A stretch of 61,442 nt of DNA, filler included. It is 4 parts of 4 records of this genome, joined end to end, with 100 filler letters (N's around TTAATTAATTAA, not from the genome) between each part and the next. Parts side by side here need not be neighbours in the genome. Positions count along the whole stretch, not along the records: positions 19,000 to 41,786 come from DRR723986_20774; positions 41,887 to 52,417 come from DRR723986_20798; 2 more parts are not named here. One strand, 5' to 3'. Below the pieces are notes generated by a model. The model ran no database searches. It saw only the letters and a list, made by a program, of their open reading frames with translations, and was not told the DNA's origin. Positions 39,882 through 49,843 of the stretch are shown here, one piece after another; the stretch's first letter is position 1, and each line of letters begins with the position of its first letter. Made by a program: the position numbers and the translations under genes.

Positions 39882-41786
39882 ATGCGAAACTTTTCCCTGC
39901 TTGCTGGCGTTGCCGCAGCAGCCCTTCTCTCAGGATGTACAATGAACGAGAAAACTGACCTCGCCGCTGCACCGGCCGCCGAAGCGCCGGATTCCGCGCC
40001 GGCAGCCCCAGTGGCAAAGCGCGTGGATTTCGAAATCACCCAGGTCGGCCGCACACGTGTAGATCCATATCACTGGATGAAGGATGACGCCTGGCAGGAA
40101 GTCATGCGCGACCCGTCCGTCCTGCGCGCAGACATCCGCGAATACCTTGAAGCTGAAAACGCCTACACAAAGACAAACTTCGAAGAACCGACCGCGGAAC
40201 TGCGGGAAACCCTGTTCCAGGAGATGAAAGGCCGGATCAAGGAAGACGACTCCACCGTTCCGGAGATTGACGGCCCTTACGCCTATTATTCCCGTTACCG
40301 CGAAGGCGGCGAATATCCGATCATCGCCCGGAAGAACGCCGCCGATGCCTTCACCCCGGATGCCGAAGAGACCATCCTGCTCGACGGCGACAAGATGGCG
40401 GAAGGCACCGACTATTTCTCGTTCGGCAGCATCGATACCTCACCGGATCATAGCGTGATCGCCTATGCGCTCGATACACAGGGCAGCGAATTCTACACGG
40501 TCACGATCACCAATATCGAATCTGGCGAAGCAGCGGCAGAACCGATTTCGGACAGCTATGGCTCGTTCGAGTGGAGCGAAGACGGCAAGTCCATCTTCTG
40601 GGTGCACCGCGACGAGAACGCCCGGCCAGATGCGGTCTACGAGCGCGATCTGGAAACCGGTGAAGACACGCTGATCTATGAGGAAAAGGACCCCGGCTTC
40701 TTTGTCGGCGTGTCCAAATCCGCCAATCGCGAGAAGATCTTCGTAACGTCCTCGAACCACACGACATCTGAGTGGCACTGGTTCGATGCGAGCGAGCACG
40801 CCCCAACACTGCACACAATTGCCCCTCGCGAAAGCGGCGTGGAGTATTCGGTCGTCGTCTGGGATGACCAATTCTACATCACCACGAATTCAGGCGGGGC
40901 CGTTGACTTCAAGGTCATGCGCGCGCCATTCGAAGCCACTTCGCGTGATGATTGGGAACAAGTGATTGCCCACCGTCCCGGCACGTTGATTCTCGGTCTG
41001 CAGTCTCAGCAGGATTACCTCTCCCGCATGGAGCGCGAGAATGGCCTGCCCCGGATCGTCGTACGGGCCCGCGGCGACAGCGCCGAGCATGAGATCAGCT
41101 TCGATGAAGCCGCCTACGATCTCGGGCTCGATTCCGGCTACGACTATGACGTGCCGATGCTACGGTTTGAGTACGCCTCGCCCACCACCCCGGACCAGGT
41201 CTACGACTACGACCTGAACACGCACGAGCGTATCCTTCGCAAGACGAGGGAAGTGCCATCGGGCCACAATCCCGACGATTATGTCGCCGAACGCGTCATG
41301 GCTCCGAGCTGGGACGGCGAGGAAGTGCCCGTCACCCTGCTGCACCGGAAGGATACGCCGATCGACGGGACCGCGCCGATGCTGCTGTATGGATATGGCT
41401 CCTACGGCATCACCATCCCGGCAGACTTCCGGACCAGCCGCCTGAGCCTTGTCGATCGCGGTTTCGTCTACGCCATCGTGCATCCGCGCGGCAGCATGGC
41501 GAAGGGCTATCAGTGGTACCTGGACGGGAAGCTCGAGAAGAAGACCAACACGTTCAAGGACTTCATCGCAGCCGGACACTTCCTGGTCGACAATGGATAT
41601 TCGGCGCCGGACAAGGTCGTGGCGATGGGCGGCTCCGCTGGCGGCCTGCTTATGGGCGCTGTCGCCAACATGGACCCGGAACTGTTCGCCGGCATGATCG
41701 CAGCAGTGCCGTTCGTGGACGTGATCAACACCATGTCTGACGAGAGCTTGCCGCTGACGCCGCCGGAATGGCCGGAATGGGGCAAC
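39882..41786 (+). CDS. ptrB: Oligopeptidase B (S9A), 3'-truncated, with lipoprotein signal
   Basis: DPYHWM, LLYGYGSYG, GGSAGGLL, VPFVD; LLSG-C lipobox. Confidence 0.9.
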
Positions 41787-41886
41787 NNNNNNNNNNNNNN
41801 NNNNNNNNNNNNNNNNNNNNNNNNNNNNNNTTAATTAATTAANNNNNNNNNNNNNNNNNNNNNNNNNNNNNNNNNNNNNNNNNNNN
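41787..41886. other. Artificial contig linker
   Basis: N run with TTAATTAATTAA. Confidence 0.98.
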
Positions 41887-41916
41887 ACTTGAACCCCCGA
41901 CACGCGGATTATGATT
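41887..41916 (-). mobile_element. tRNA-Met(CAT) 3'-half fragment; probable att site of an integrated element
   Basis: Reverse complement AATCATAATCCGCGTGTCGGGGGTTCAAGT gives the anticodon loop, 3' stem strand and T-arm. The 5' stem strand (GCGG) and D-arm are replaced by AT-rich DNA. Confidence 0.75.
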
Positions 41917-42019
41917 GCAGGCGATATAAATAAAATGTTTATTTACAGTTACTTAATGACTTAATTTTGCAGTGCGCTACAGAGTGCGTAAATATTTGCA
42001 CTTTTTACGAAGCACAAAC

Positions 42020-42100
42020 ACTCTGTTGAACAGAGTAAACCAAAACACAGTGTTTAGCCACAGTGTTCGGAAACAGTTGCGAGACACAGCGCGAGCGAAC
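42020..42100. repeat. Palindrome cluster 1 (ACAC-W-GTGT family)
   Basis: ACTCTGTT-G-AACAGAGT 42020-42036, AAACAC-A-GTGTTT 42043-42055, CCACAGTGTTCG 42058-42069, GACACAGCG. Confidence 0.6.
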
Positions 42101-42303
42101 TGTAGCGATAATGCTCATCTGCCATGAAAGATGCCCCGGCCAGTTGCCCCAACAGCCACGACCTGTTTTGATCCATCGGACAGATCACACCCGCGAAGTT
42201 GATGAGGCATTTTGTGTAAATCCAAACGAGCGCAAAAAGTAGCCCACAATTGAGCACATCACTTTGCCGCAAACTCGGATCGACACACTGATCCACAGCT
42301 CAG

Positions 42304-42855
42304 TTAGGCAAACAATTCTTCTGCCAGTGAGGAAGGAAAGCATTCTTTCACCTGGTACATGAACATGTCCACATCCAGTGCCAGCCCGGCTTGGAACTGA
42401 TTAAGAGCCTCTTCGTCCCATTTCTCGTTCTCCAGTTGATCTAGAAGCTGGCCTCGCCTTTGGTCATCTTCAGCATCGCGAACGAAGTTATGTGCTGCTC
42501 GTAAAAAATCGATACGTTTATGGACTTCGCGCATTGCCGCAAAAGCTTCTATCATAGGGGCAATAAGACGTGGGTCTTGTTGCCACGATCGTCCGGAAAA
42601 AACCTCTTGCACAACACGATTGCCCGCTCCCAGACAATCATAGGCGACGCAGCCTGAGAAACCTTCGTCGGTGAGTTTACTGTGAATAGAGCATTGGTGC
42701 CCTGAGAGGTTTCGGCAAAGTTCTCCTGGGTTCTTGCTGAACGCAAACTCGTGGCTCTGATCAAATGCCAAAGCCACACAGCAAAGGGCTGCGCATTTGG
42801 AGCAGTCAGTTTTAAGCGGGTCGGCTTGGGTTATCGGCAAAATCAACTTTTTCAA
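42304..42855 (-). CDS. Cys-rich hypothetical protein (similar to the N-terminal domain of some pentapeptide-repeat proteins)
   Basis: DCSKCAALCC...C...CSIH...GFSGCVAYDCLGAG. Start uncertain (TTG options). Confidence 0.7.
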   Translation of the reverse strand: MKKLILPITQADPLKTDCSKCAALCCVALAFDQSHEFAFSKNPGELCRNLSGHQCSIHSKLTDEGFSGCVAYDCLGAGNRVVQEVFSGRSWQQDPRLIAPMIEAFAAMREVHKRIDFLRAAHNFVRDAEDDQRRGQLLDQLENEKWDEEALNQFQAGLALDVDMFMYQVKECFPSSLAEELFA

Positions 42856-42935
42856 TGCACGAGTGGTAGGTGGGTGGGATGCGCATACACCTTGTTCAGC
42901 ACTCAAACCAAGTGATTTGTCGTTCAAACTATTCG

Positions 42936-43049
42936 CACTGTGTCCTGTTCGCCCACCATGTTCCCACAAAATTGTTCAGACACGGTGTTCGAACAAAAAA
43001 CCGAAGACACTGTGTCGCAAACATAGCTGGTGACACAGCGCAGCTGTGT
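42936..43049. repeat. Palindrome cluster 2 (ACAC-W-GTGT family)
   Basis: GACACGGTGTTCG 42979-42991, GACAC-T-GTGTC 43006-43016, ACACAGC-GCA-GCTGTGT 43033-43049. Confidence 0.6.
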
Positions 43050-43212
43050 ATTCGCGAACTACGCCTTGCAGCAACGCTACGGAGTGGTCAAGCTTCAAAC
43101 TGACCGTGCCTTAAGCTTTACAGGCGAAGCCATTTAAGTGGTTACCGCTTCAATGATTGAAACCGTATCAGAATGGTGCGACGCTGATCAGATCACATGC
43201 AAGAGGTTTGAA

Positions 43213-44376
43213 ATGTCCAAAGTCATGCAAGGCTTTCCGCCTGCGGAAACAGACCGCGCGTCTCTCGCCAATTGGCGCAAAGCGCCTTTTTCAAGCTGGG
43301 CTTTTCACCATGTGCGGGAAATTATTCCTTCTGCTGAAATACAAAATGACCCAACAGATGTGTGGGAACTAGGACGCGGATATATAGATGTGTCCAGCTT
43401 GGGGCTTGCAGACGCTATGGCTGAGACAGACTGTGACGCTGTGGTCATTCTGCACAAAGACGCACTGGTTCACGAAGCCTATCGCAATGGGATGACCCCG
43501 CGTGATCCTCATATTTTGATGTCCGTATCGAAGTCATTGCTGGGACTGGTTGCTGGGACATTGGTGGAGCGCGGCGAATTGGCCGAAAGTGATCTGGTCA
43601 CAAAGCACGTGCCAGAGGTGGCGCAGACTGCATATGCTGGCGCGACCATACGTGACTTGCTGGATATGCGTGCTGGTGTTTTGTTTGACGAAGATTACCT
43701 AGCGACTGAGGGTCCGATCGTTGATTACCGCTTTGCGGCGAATTGGAACCCCGTTCCTAAAGACCGAGAAGCTGGTGATCTAAGGTCTTTCATGTCGGTT
43801 CTAACCGAAGGTGATGGGGTGCACGGCGGTCGCTTCCATTACGTTTCGCCCAACACTGATTTGTTGGCTTGGGCTTTTGAGCGTGCCAGTGGCATGCGTT
43901 ACGCCGATCTTGTGACCGAAAGGTTGTGGAAGCCGCTTGGGGCGGAAGCACCGGGTTACATAACCGTGGATCGTATTGGTGGTGCGCGGGCAGCAGGAGG
44001 CAAATGCTTCGCTGCGAGGGATTTAGCCCGCGTAGGTATGATGATGGCTAACGGCGGGAAGCGCGATGGAAAGCAAATTGTGCCAGCGAGCTGGATAGAA
44101 GACATTATCAGTAACGGGGATCCGCAAGCCTGGAGGGATGGCGATTTTTACGAGACTCTGGGCAGACGGGACATGCATTATCGCACGAAGTGGTACATTC
44201 AGCGCGATGCAAACCCGTTAGTCTATGGGATTGGAATTCATGGGCAGTTTTTGTTTGTGGACCCTGCAAGAAAACTGTCTGTCGCTTGGTTTGCGAGCCA
44301 GAGCAGTCCTCTAGACAGCGGGCTCTTTGAAAAAGCGCTTGCAGCCATTGAGCGTATTCGAGCCTCAGTTTCGTAG
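43213..44376 (+). CDS. Serine hydrolase, beta-lactamase fold (6-aminohexanoate-dimer hydrolase NylB-like)
   Basis: HILMSVSKS (SxxK), FHYVSPNTD, GIGIHGQ; GAGG RBS. Confidence 0.88.
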   Translation: MSKVMQGFPPAETDRASLANWRKAPFSSWAFHHVREIIPSAEIQNDPTDVWELGRGYIDVSSLGLADAMAETDCDAVVILHKDALVHEAYRNGMTPRDPHILMSVSKSLLGLVAGTLVERGELAESDLVTKHVPEVAQTAYAGATIRDLLDMRAGVLFDEDYLATEGPIVDYRFAANWNPVPKDREAGDLRSFMSVLTEGDGVHGGRFHYVSPNTDLLAWAFERASGMRYADLVTERLWKPLGAEAPGYITVDRIGGARAAGGKCFAARDLARVGMMMANGGKRDGKQIVPASWIEDIISNGDPQAWRDGDFYETLGRRDMHYRTKWYIQRDANPLVYGIGIHGQFLFVDPARKLSVAWFASQSSPLDSGLFEKALAAIERIRASVS

Positions 44377-44499
44377 AGGCACTATCGGACGGGGACTGAC
44401 TTTGAGCAGGGGCGGTTTGCAATTGTTGATGCGTAAACATTACAGTCCACTCGCCCCTGGCTGGTCTGCATTGTACTCAAGTGGCCATGGAGCAGATCT

Positions 44500-45093
44500 T
44501 TGAACACTAGGATGGTTGGTCAACATACCTTGTTTCGACTGTTGATATTGCATGCCTTGATTTTACCAATGTCAATTAGTTCGCTCGCGAGCACAGCCGT
44601 TGCCGAGGCATCTAATAAAGCTGCTCTAGTAAAGCTACTTCAAGGATATCAGCAGCAATGCTCGGATATGCAGGAGCTTGATATCGACGCGGAGGACCTG
44701 AGTAAGCCGCCTGTGGCTAAACTTACTCTCGATCCCAGCAACATATATGAATTGCAAATCCATACTTCTGGTACGACAGCAACTGTTCTGTACCCGGCCT
44801 TCCACTGCGAAAATTATGGGTATCCTTACTGTGGAACAGGAGGTTGTGGTTTTTACCTCATCGTGGATGGTAAAGTCTTTAAGCGTTCTGGAGGCTTCAA
44901 GCCCCAAGTTGTGACGCTTACAAATGACTACGGATCAACAAACGTTGTTGTTTTTGGTATTCATGGCGGGGGGTGTGATACCGCAGAGGGCTCTTCGGGA
45001 TCTGGGGCTGATCCGTGCTATAGAACGGCTACATGGAGTGAAGGGCGGCAAACCTTTTTTTCTGATCAGGATGTGCAGTTGTACCAGCAGTAA
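44500..45093 (+). CDS. Exported Cys-containing hypothetical protein
   Basis: Signal-like N-terminus, YCGTGGC and HGGGC motifs. Start uncertain. Confidence 0.65.
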   Translation: MNTRMVGQHTLFRLLILHALILPMSISSLASTAVAEASNKAALVKLLQGYQQQCSDMQELDIDAEDLSKPPVAKLTLDPSNIYELQIHTSGTTATVLYPAFHCENYGYPYCGTGGCGFYLIVDGKVFKRSGGFKPQVVTLTNDYGSTNVVVFGIHGGGCDTAEGSSGSGADPCYRTATWSEGRQTFFSDQDVQLYQQ

Positions 45094-45136
45094 GTGTTAT
45101 TTGTTCAGCCAAACTTAAAGCTATCTGCGAACTCGA

Positions 45137-45345
45137 TGATGAACACTGATGAAAATCTACAAGTACATGGTAGCAGCAGGACCCGCTCCGTCTTGAGGAA
45201 CGCTGTGGAGATTGTGCTGATAGGGACAGCTGCGTTGTTGATTTCTATGTTGCTGTTATGGGCCTTTATTGCCATGGCCCCAAATCCCTGTGGCAGTGAC
45301 GACGCCATAGACATGTATGGCTGCCAGCCTGACGGAACGATGTGA
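45137..45345 (+). CDS. Small single-TM hypothetical protein
   Basis: Hydrophobic helix followed by a C-x9-C tail. Start uncertain. Confidence 0.4.
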
Positions 45346-45580
45346 CTCGGCCTTGCTTCCACTTCTGGTGTAGCTTTCCCGTTCTTCCGTATCCGTCGCC
45401 TGACATCGCCTCACGTGTCCAATGGGTCAGGGAGGAGGGGCAACTCAGGTACAGCAATTACTGTGGCTTAACACTACGCAACCTTTCTACCCTGCAAAAC
45501 GCCGGTCGTCTGATCACAAAGTAAAGCAGCTATGGATCGATCTGAAATTGATTCTAGCTCTATCATCCAGTTTTGCTAAT

Positions 45581-46054
45581 TCACTCGAAAGCTAAAGCCA
45601 TAACCGCATGCGGCAAGGCTGCCGCCAATGCAACAGCTCCAAACAGGGTATGCAAAAGAACCTGCCTGATCACGGCGCCGCGACTATTCGGTTTAACCAT
45701 TACACGAGCAAAATAGGCCGTGACGGCAGCCAATATGAAAAAGACTAACAAAAAGGAATACCAAGTTGCCACTGCGGCCGATAGGTGCGTCAGGATTAAG
45801 AAAATACTCAAATAAGACGCAATCCGGTGCCTTTCTTGGTCCACCCTGTTAATCGAGATACCTGCAAGTTTTTTACAGAGCAGCAGAGATTGGTAGATCA
45901 TTGTTCCTAAGAGTGCCGCGCCTGTCCACACCTTCACTTCAGGACGCGCCAAGAATGACCAATTTTGCCCCAAACCGAGTATTACAACACAGCCACTCAC
46001 ACAAAGAATAATTGCCCACTGCAAAGGGTGCTTTGGAGTTAACACATGTTTCAT
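45581..46054 (-). CDS. Small membrane protein, probable diheme-b binding
   Basis: H-x13-H twice (HRIASYLSIFLILTH, HTLFGAVALAAALPH); GGAGG RBS; ATGA overlap. Confidence 0.7.
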   Translation of the reverse strand: MKHVLTPKHPLQWAIILCVSGCVVILGLGQNWSFLARPEVKVWTGAALLGTMIYQSLLLCKKLAGISINRVDQERHRIASYLSIFLILTHLSAAVATWYSFLLVFFILAAVTAYFARVMVKPNSRGAVIRQVLLHTLFGAVALAAALPHAVMALAFE

Positions 46055-46863
46055 TTTGCCTCCAGAAAGGCCAAGAGAGCCTCTGGCCCAGAAGCCTTTA
46101 AAACTTCGCTCAAATACACATCGCGTGACGGCAAAACATATTGGCCTGTGCGTGGCCATTGTTCGCCAATTACAGGCGGGTTGGCAAACCTTGCGACCTT
46201 ATCCAAGTAGTTTTGGTAGGCGTCGCCCAGCGCTTCAATCTCTACACGCACAAGCTGGCGCATTTCCTCAGCCGTTGTGTAAGATTTTGGCCATGTCCAC
46301 GTCGTTGCTCCCATTACGTCGTTAAGCTTCCAATCCGTTTTGGGGCTATCGACATGTTCATTATGGCAGCTGACACAAGCAGGAGCCGATGCGAAATCTG
46401 GGAACATAGCAATGCTGCCATACCCGGCCAGTTCGGCAAATACTGGCGCTCGGTTGGCAACCACCGTTTGATAATCGCGCGCAGTATCTCCTTTGAAAAG
46501 GTTTGAAGGATTAATAGGTTCATCAGAACCAAGGTAGAGCCCCAAAGGTTCTGGGCGTTTCTCCAACTCCAGCGATAATTCACGTAAAAAAAGCGCTGGC
46601 AGCGGCCCCTTCTCTACACCTTCTTCCTTCCAATCCTCACCAAACTTCAAGCCAACCTTTTTGCCGGCTCCCACAATCTCCGATGTGTAAATCTGACGCG
46701 CATGAGCATTTACGGAGTTCACGGCCTGAAAAAGGGCTTCAATGCTGACTGTTTGAGCCGCAGAAGAGGACTGATCCTGTTTAGGCAGTTCCGCCGGAGC
46801 TGAAACGAAAAAGTAGACCGTAAGACATATTAAGGCCAACGATGCTAAGATTGCCCTGTTCAT
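46051..46863 (-). CDS. Tll0287/DUF3365-like monoheme c protein
   Basis: PLPALFL, SDEPINPSN, ACVSCHNEHVDSPKTDWKLNDVMGA; N-terminal anchor. Confidence 0.8.
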   Translation of the reverse strand: MNRAILASLALICLTVYFFVSAPAELPKQDQSSSAAQTVSIEALFQAVNSVNAHARQIYTSEIVGAGKKVGLKFGEDWKEEGVEKGPLPALFLRELSLELEKRPEPLGLYLGSDEPINPSNLFKGDTARDYQTVVANRAPVFAELAGYGSIAMFPDFASAPACVSCHNEHVDSPKTDWKLNDVMGATTWTWPKSYTTAEEMRQLVRVEIEALGDAYQNYLDKVARFANPPVIGEQWPRTGQYVLPSRDVYLSEVLKASGPEALLAFLEAK

Positions 46864-47588
46864 TCTCTCATCCCCAGATGTTTTTTATCCACACCATACG
46901 GGGAGAGCCCCCCCGCAAAATAGGCTTCAATATCACCGATGCTCTTGGCCTCCTGATAAAGCTTTGGCGCTTTATGCTTATGATTTCCATGAAAGTCGTG
47001 ACAACCAAGACAGCTGCCCCAATCTTCTGATTTCACTAAATGTGAGTGGCCAATATCGATTGGATCATTCTTGATCTCTAGATCTGCATGGCAGGCCTTA
47101 CAAAAACCAATTTGCTCCAAGTTCACAGTCCTGCCGTTGTGTTCAGAGTGGCATCCGAGGCATTGATTTGCAGGCAAATCTTTCACAACCTCTATAAACC
47201 TAGGTTCGTTGAACCTGTGTATGGGATGTCGATCGTTGTCACGGTTGTGACACGCCAAGCACTCTTGAGACGACACTTTCTTAAAACCAAAATCTACAAC
47301 GTATCCAGCATCAAAAAGTGCGTTTTTGGCAATTGCTTGCAGTTGCTGGCGCATGCTGCCAGCGCTTGCTTGGTGGCAATCTGTACAGACCAATTCGTCA
47401 TGGCCATTAACAAAGTCGCCACGTGCATGGATCTGACTAACTAACACAGCTACACGAGAGCCTGACCCATCCTGAGTGCCGCTCGGCTGTGGCGCGGTCG
47501 TCATCGCTGTGTATGCAGCGATGCTGCCAGCGAAAAACACCACGATAGCCGCTACAATGCTTGTAAAATTTATTCTTTTGAAATTCAT
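46860..47588 (-). CDS. Membrane-anchored pentaheme cytochrome c (c3-like)
   Basis: CTDCH, CLACH, CLGCH, CKACH, CLGCH; N-terminal TM helix. Confidence 0.87.
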   Translation of the reverse strand: MNFKRINFTSIVAAIVVFFAGSIAAYTAMTTAPQPSGTQDGSGSRVAVLVSQIHARGDFVNGHDELVCTDCHQASAGSMRQQLQAIAKNALFDAGYVVDFGFKKVSSQECLACHNRDNDRHPIHRFNEPRFIEVVKDLPANQCLGCHSEHNGRTVNLEQIGFCKACHADLEIKNDPIDIGHSHLVKSEDWGSCLGCHDFHGNHKHKAPKLYQEAKSIGDIEAYFAGGLSPYGVDKKHLGMRE

Positions 47589-48050
47589 GCTGTGAATTCA
47601 CTCAGTTGCATGCCACGGGTATCCAGTAAACTGTCAGCGCAATGTTTGTGTGACAACGAGTCCCTCTGGTGCTTCAGTGTCATTTTAAATCTCTCAGCCC
47701 AATGAATTGCAGTTAGCACTCTTAGAGATCATGGCAAAAAAAACCGTAAAATCTGACAGAACTGGGCGAGCGTGAACCTATGCACCTAAAAGCACTCTGG
47801 GCGGTGCAACTATTCGTCTTATGTTTCAGCGTTAGTCAGGCATCGTTCAAAAAAGGGGGTTTACTGCTTTGCAAATCCGCAACTTTGAGCCTTAGCAGAA
47901 CCCAACTTAACCCTATCAGCCCAATGGGACCGTCATTGTTCGAAATACTTTAAACTTTTGATGTCTGATCAATGACGCAGCCGCGGCAAAGCGTTGAACA
48001 CCTGCACGTGGCCCATGACGAATTCGCTCTGTGATGGCACTAGAGATTGA

Positions 48051-49115
48051 TCATCGCAGCCCAAAGTAACACGCGGAATGGACCCCCATATTGCGTCCAT
48101 AGTAAGGTATATTCTGCGCTCTTTTAACCTGTGAATGCAGTTGCCTCACCTCCGCTGCAGCATGGCTGTTGGGGAAGTGGGCGAGATACAAAGGAATCCA
48201 GGCTTGGTGTGTGCCCCAGCCATCGCTTTTCAAAATGGACCGCGCGACTGTATCAGATATTGCCTCCGTTTTGACCTTCTGTGCCCCGGTCTGGCTCACC
48301 CAATCTGCATGGTGGGCAATAACATCATGCAGATTGTGCTTTCCGAAACGCTTAGAAAAATAATCGGTCCCGTTCAAACGCAGGATATGGGCTGCCGTAA
48401 GAACTATTGGAATGGTCTCATTATTCACTCTGACCTTAGAGGAGAATCTCGGAGTGCTGCGTATGCTTTGCATCACTCGGTCGAGGGAAGAGATCCCCCG
48501 ATTATACAAGCGTGTGTCGCCAACAGCGGCTCCCCAAGCAATTTTGGCAGCTGCGATACTTGCCTTGTGGTCCAGTGAACCAGCACGTGCCTCAGAATTC
48601 TTCAGTAAGGTTCTTACCCAAGCATCAATGTGTTTAAGGTTCTCAGGCGAAACCGCATTCTTTTCCCGAAGATATGAAACGGCGTGTGCCACGGAACGAA
48701 CCATTACAGATGTGACGAACGAAGGGCTTGAGCCGCCACGAGAACCAAAGTCCAGTCTAGTAAATGCGTTCGTATTCGCGGCTAAAAGCAAGCGTTCCAA
48801 AAGTATTTGATTTTTCGCGTTGCCAGCTGCTGCAGCATTGAGGTGAAGCACTGTTCGGTCAATGAACTCCGCGCCACTTCCTTTTGGCATCGGCCAACTG
48901 AAGCCGGTCACATTTCGGTCAAATTGCTCGGCGCCCGTGGCTCTAGCATATCGGCTGCAATTCACAGCAGACGAGAAAACGGTAGTCCAGAGCTTCGTAT
49001 CTGCAGCTTGGGCCTGCAAAGACGTGACCGCAGTGAGAAACATGCAGACTGCACTAGATAGGATGACACGAGTTGTAGCTAACACTGCTTTCCCCTCTCG
49101 CGGCAATAGTCTCAC
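48051..49115 (-). CDS. Exported hypothetical protein, possibly a divergent alginate-lyase-like (alpha/alpha) fold
   Basis: Signal peptide (AQA-A). Helical segments IDAWVR...LDHKAS...GDTRLY...AHILRLNGTDYF...LHDVI recall PL5-type lyases. Confidence 0.55.
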   Translation of the reverse strand: MRLLPREGKAVLATTRVILSSAVCMFLTAVTSLQAQAADTKLWTTVFSSAVNCSRYARATGAEQFDRNVTGFSWPMPKGSGAEFIDRTVLHLNAAAAGNAKNQILLERLLLAANTNAFTRLDFGSRGGSSPSFVTSVMVRSVAHAVSYLREKNAVSPENLKHIDAWVRTLLKNSEARAGSLDHKASIAAAKIAWGAAVGDTRLYNRGISSLDRVMQSIRSTPRFSSKVRVNNETIPIVLTAAHILRLNGTDYFSKRFGKHNLHDVIAHHADWVSQTGAQKVKTEAISDTVARSILKSDGWGTHQAWIPLYLAHFPNSHAAAEVRQLHSQVKRAQNIPYYGRNMGVHSACYFGLR

Positions 49116-49125
49116 AATGGGCCTT

Positions 49126-49407
49126 TTATAGCAAGGCTATCCAACGGAGATAGGCATCCAATGTGTCCGTATCAAAGCAAACAAATTTTGCGGTGCACGA
49201 TTTCGACAAACCGCTCTTTAACGTTCGTGTTGCAATTTCTGCCGCTAAATCAAGTGGAAACCGATAGATGCCTGTGCCCAATGAGGGAATAGTGACCGCG
49301 TCTATTGCATGGCTTTTGATCAGTGTGCACACCGCAGCGTAGGTTTGAGCCAGTGTTTCAGCTTCCCCTCTGCTCCCATCCAAATAGCGAGGTGCAACAG
49401 CGTTAAT
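49126..49407 (-). pseudogene. Macrodomain (YmdB-like) C-terminal remnant
   Basis: INAVAPRY...PSLGTGIYRFP present. The N-terminal half (GDIT/NAAN/GGG) is absent and the upstream gene stops about 20 bp away. Confidence 0.7.
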
Positions 49408-49426
49408 TGAAAAATAGGCCCAAAAT

Positions 49427-49843
49427 TTAAGATAGTTTCATCTTTGCCGCTTCGACAGCGCGAATGAATGGAAGCACACCATAGCGCCAATCCTCTTCAA
49501 ACAATCGAAGCTCGCTGTTTTGGGGCTCGCTATCTGCTTTTGGCTTTTCGGCACCATCAAAGCCAAAATACACACATTCCTCTGGCGTCAGCTTGGTTCG
49601 CGCAAAAACCGCAAGGTTTTTGGGTTGCCAAGTGAGTGTGGCGAATATCTGTTCTCGCTGCCTATCTGCGTCGTCACCGCAGACAGCCCACAGCCTCATG
49701 TCTGCAATGTTTGTATGGGTAAATCGAACATCTACATCGTTTCGCTGCCGAAAATGCTCGTCCACGCTCTCAAAGAAGCCTCGAGCAGCCAGTGGAGCGG
49801 CTTCTATGCGTCCGTAGAACTTTTCCCGTGCTAATTGATCCAT
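49427..49843 (-). CDS. Hypothetical protein
   Basis: 138-aa ORF with GGAGA RBS; no recognised motif. Confidence 0.65.
   Translation of the reverse strand: MDQLAREKFYGRIEAAPLAARGFFESVDEHFRQRNDVDVRFTHTNIADMRLWAVCGDDADRQREQIFATLTWQPKNLAVFARTKLTPEECVYFGFDGAEKPKADSEPQNSELRLFEEDWRYGVLPFIRAVEAAKMKLS

Noticed and set aside
518-41785. Many long antisense or alternate-frame ORFs (e.g. 518-1672, 11912-13273, 14608-15951, 35681-37489)
   Set aside because: Shadows of well-supported genes in GC-rich DNA, with no motifs.
41887-41916. Functional tRNA-Met gene
   Set aside because: The 5' half is missing on the side where sequence is available, so it is treated as an att-like fragment.
47958-47972. TTGAT-GTCTG-ATCAA as an FNR box for the mini cytochrome operon
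   Set aside because: Spacer is 5 nt rather than 4, and the site is about 370 bp from the start.
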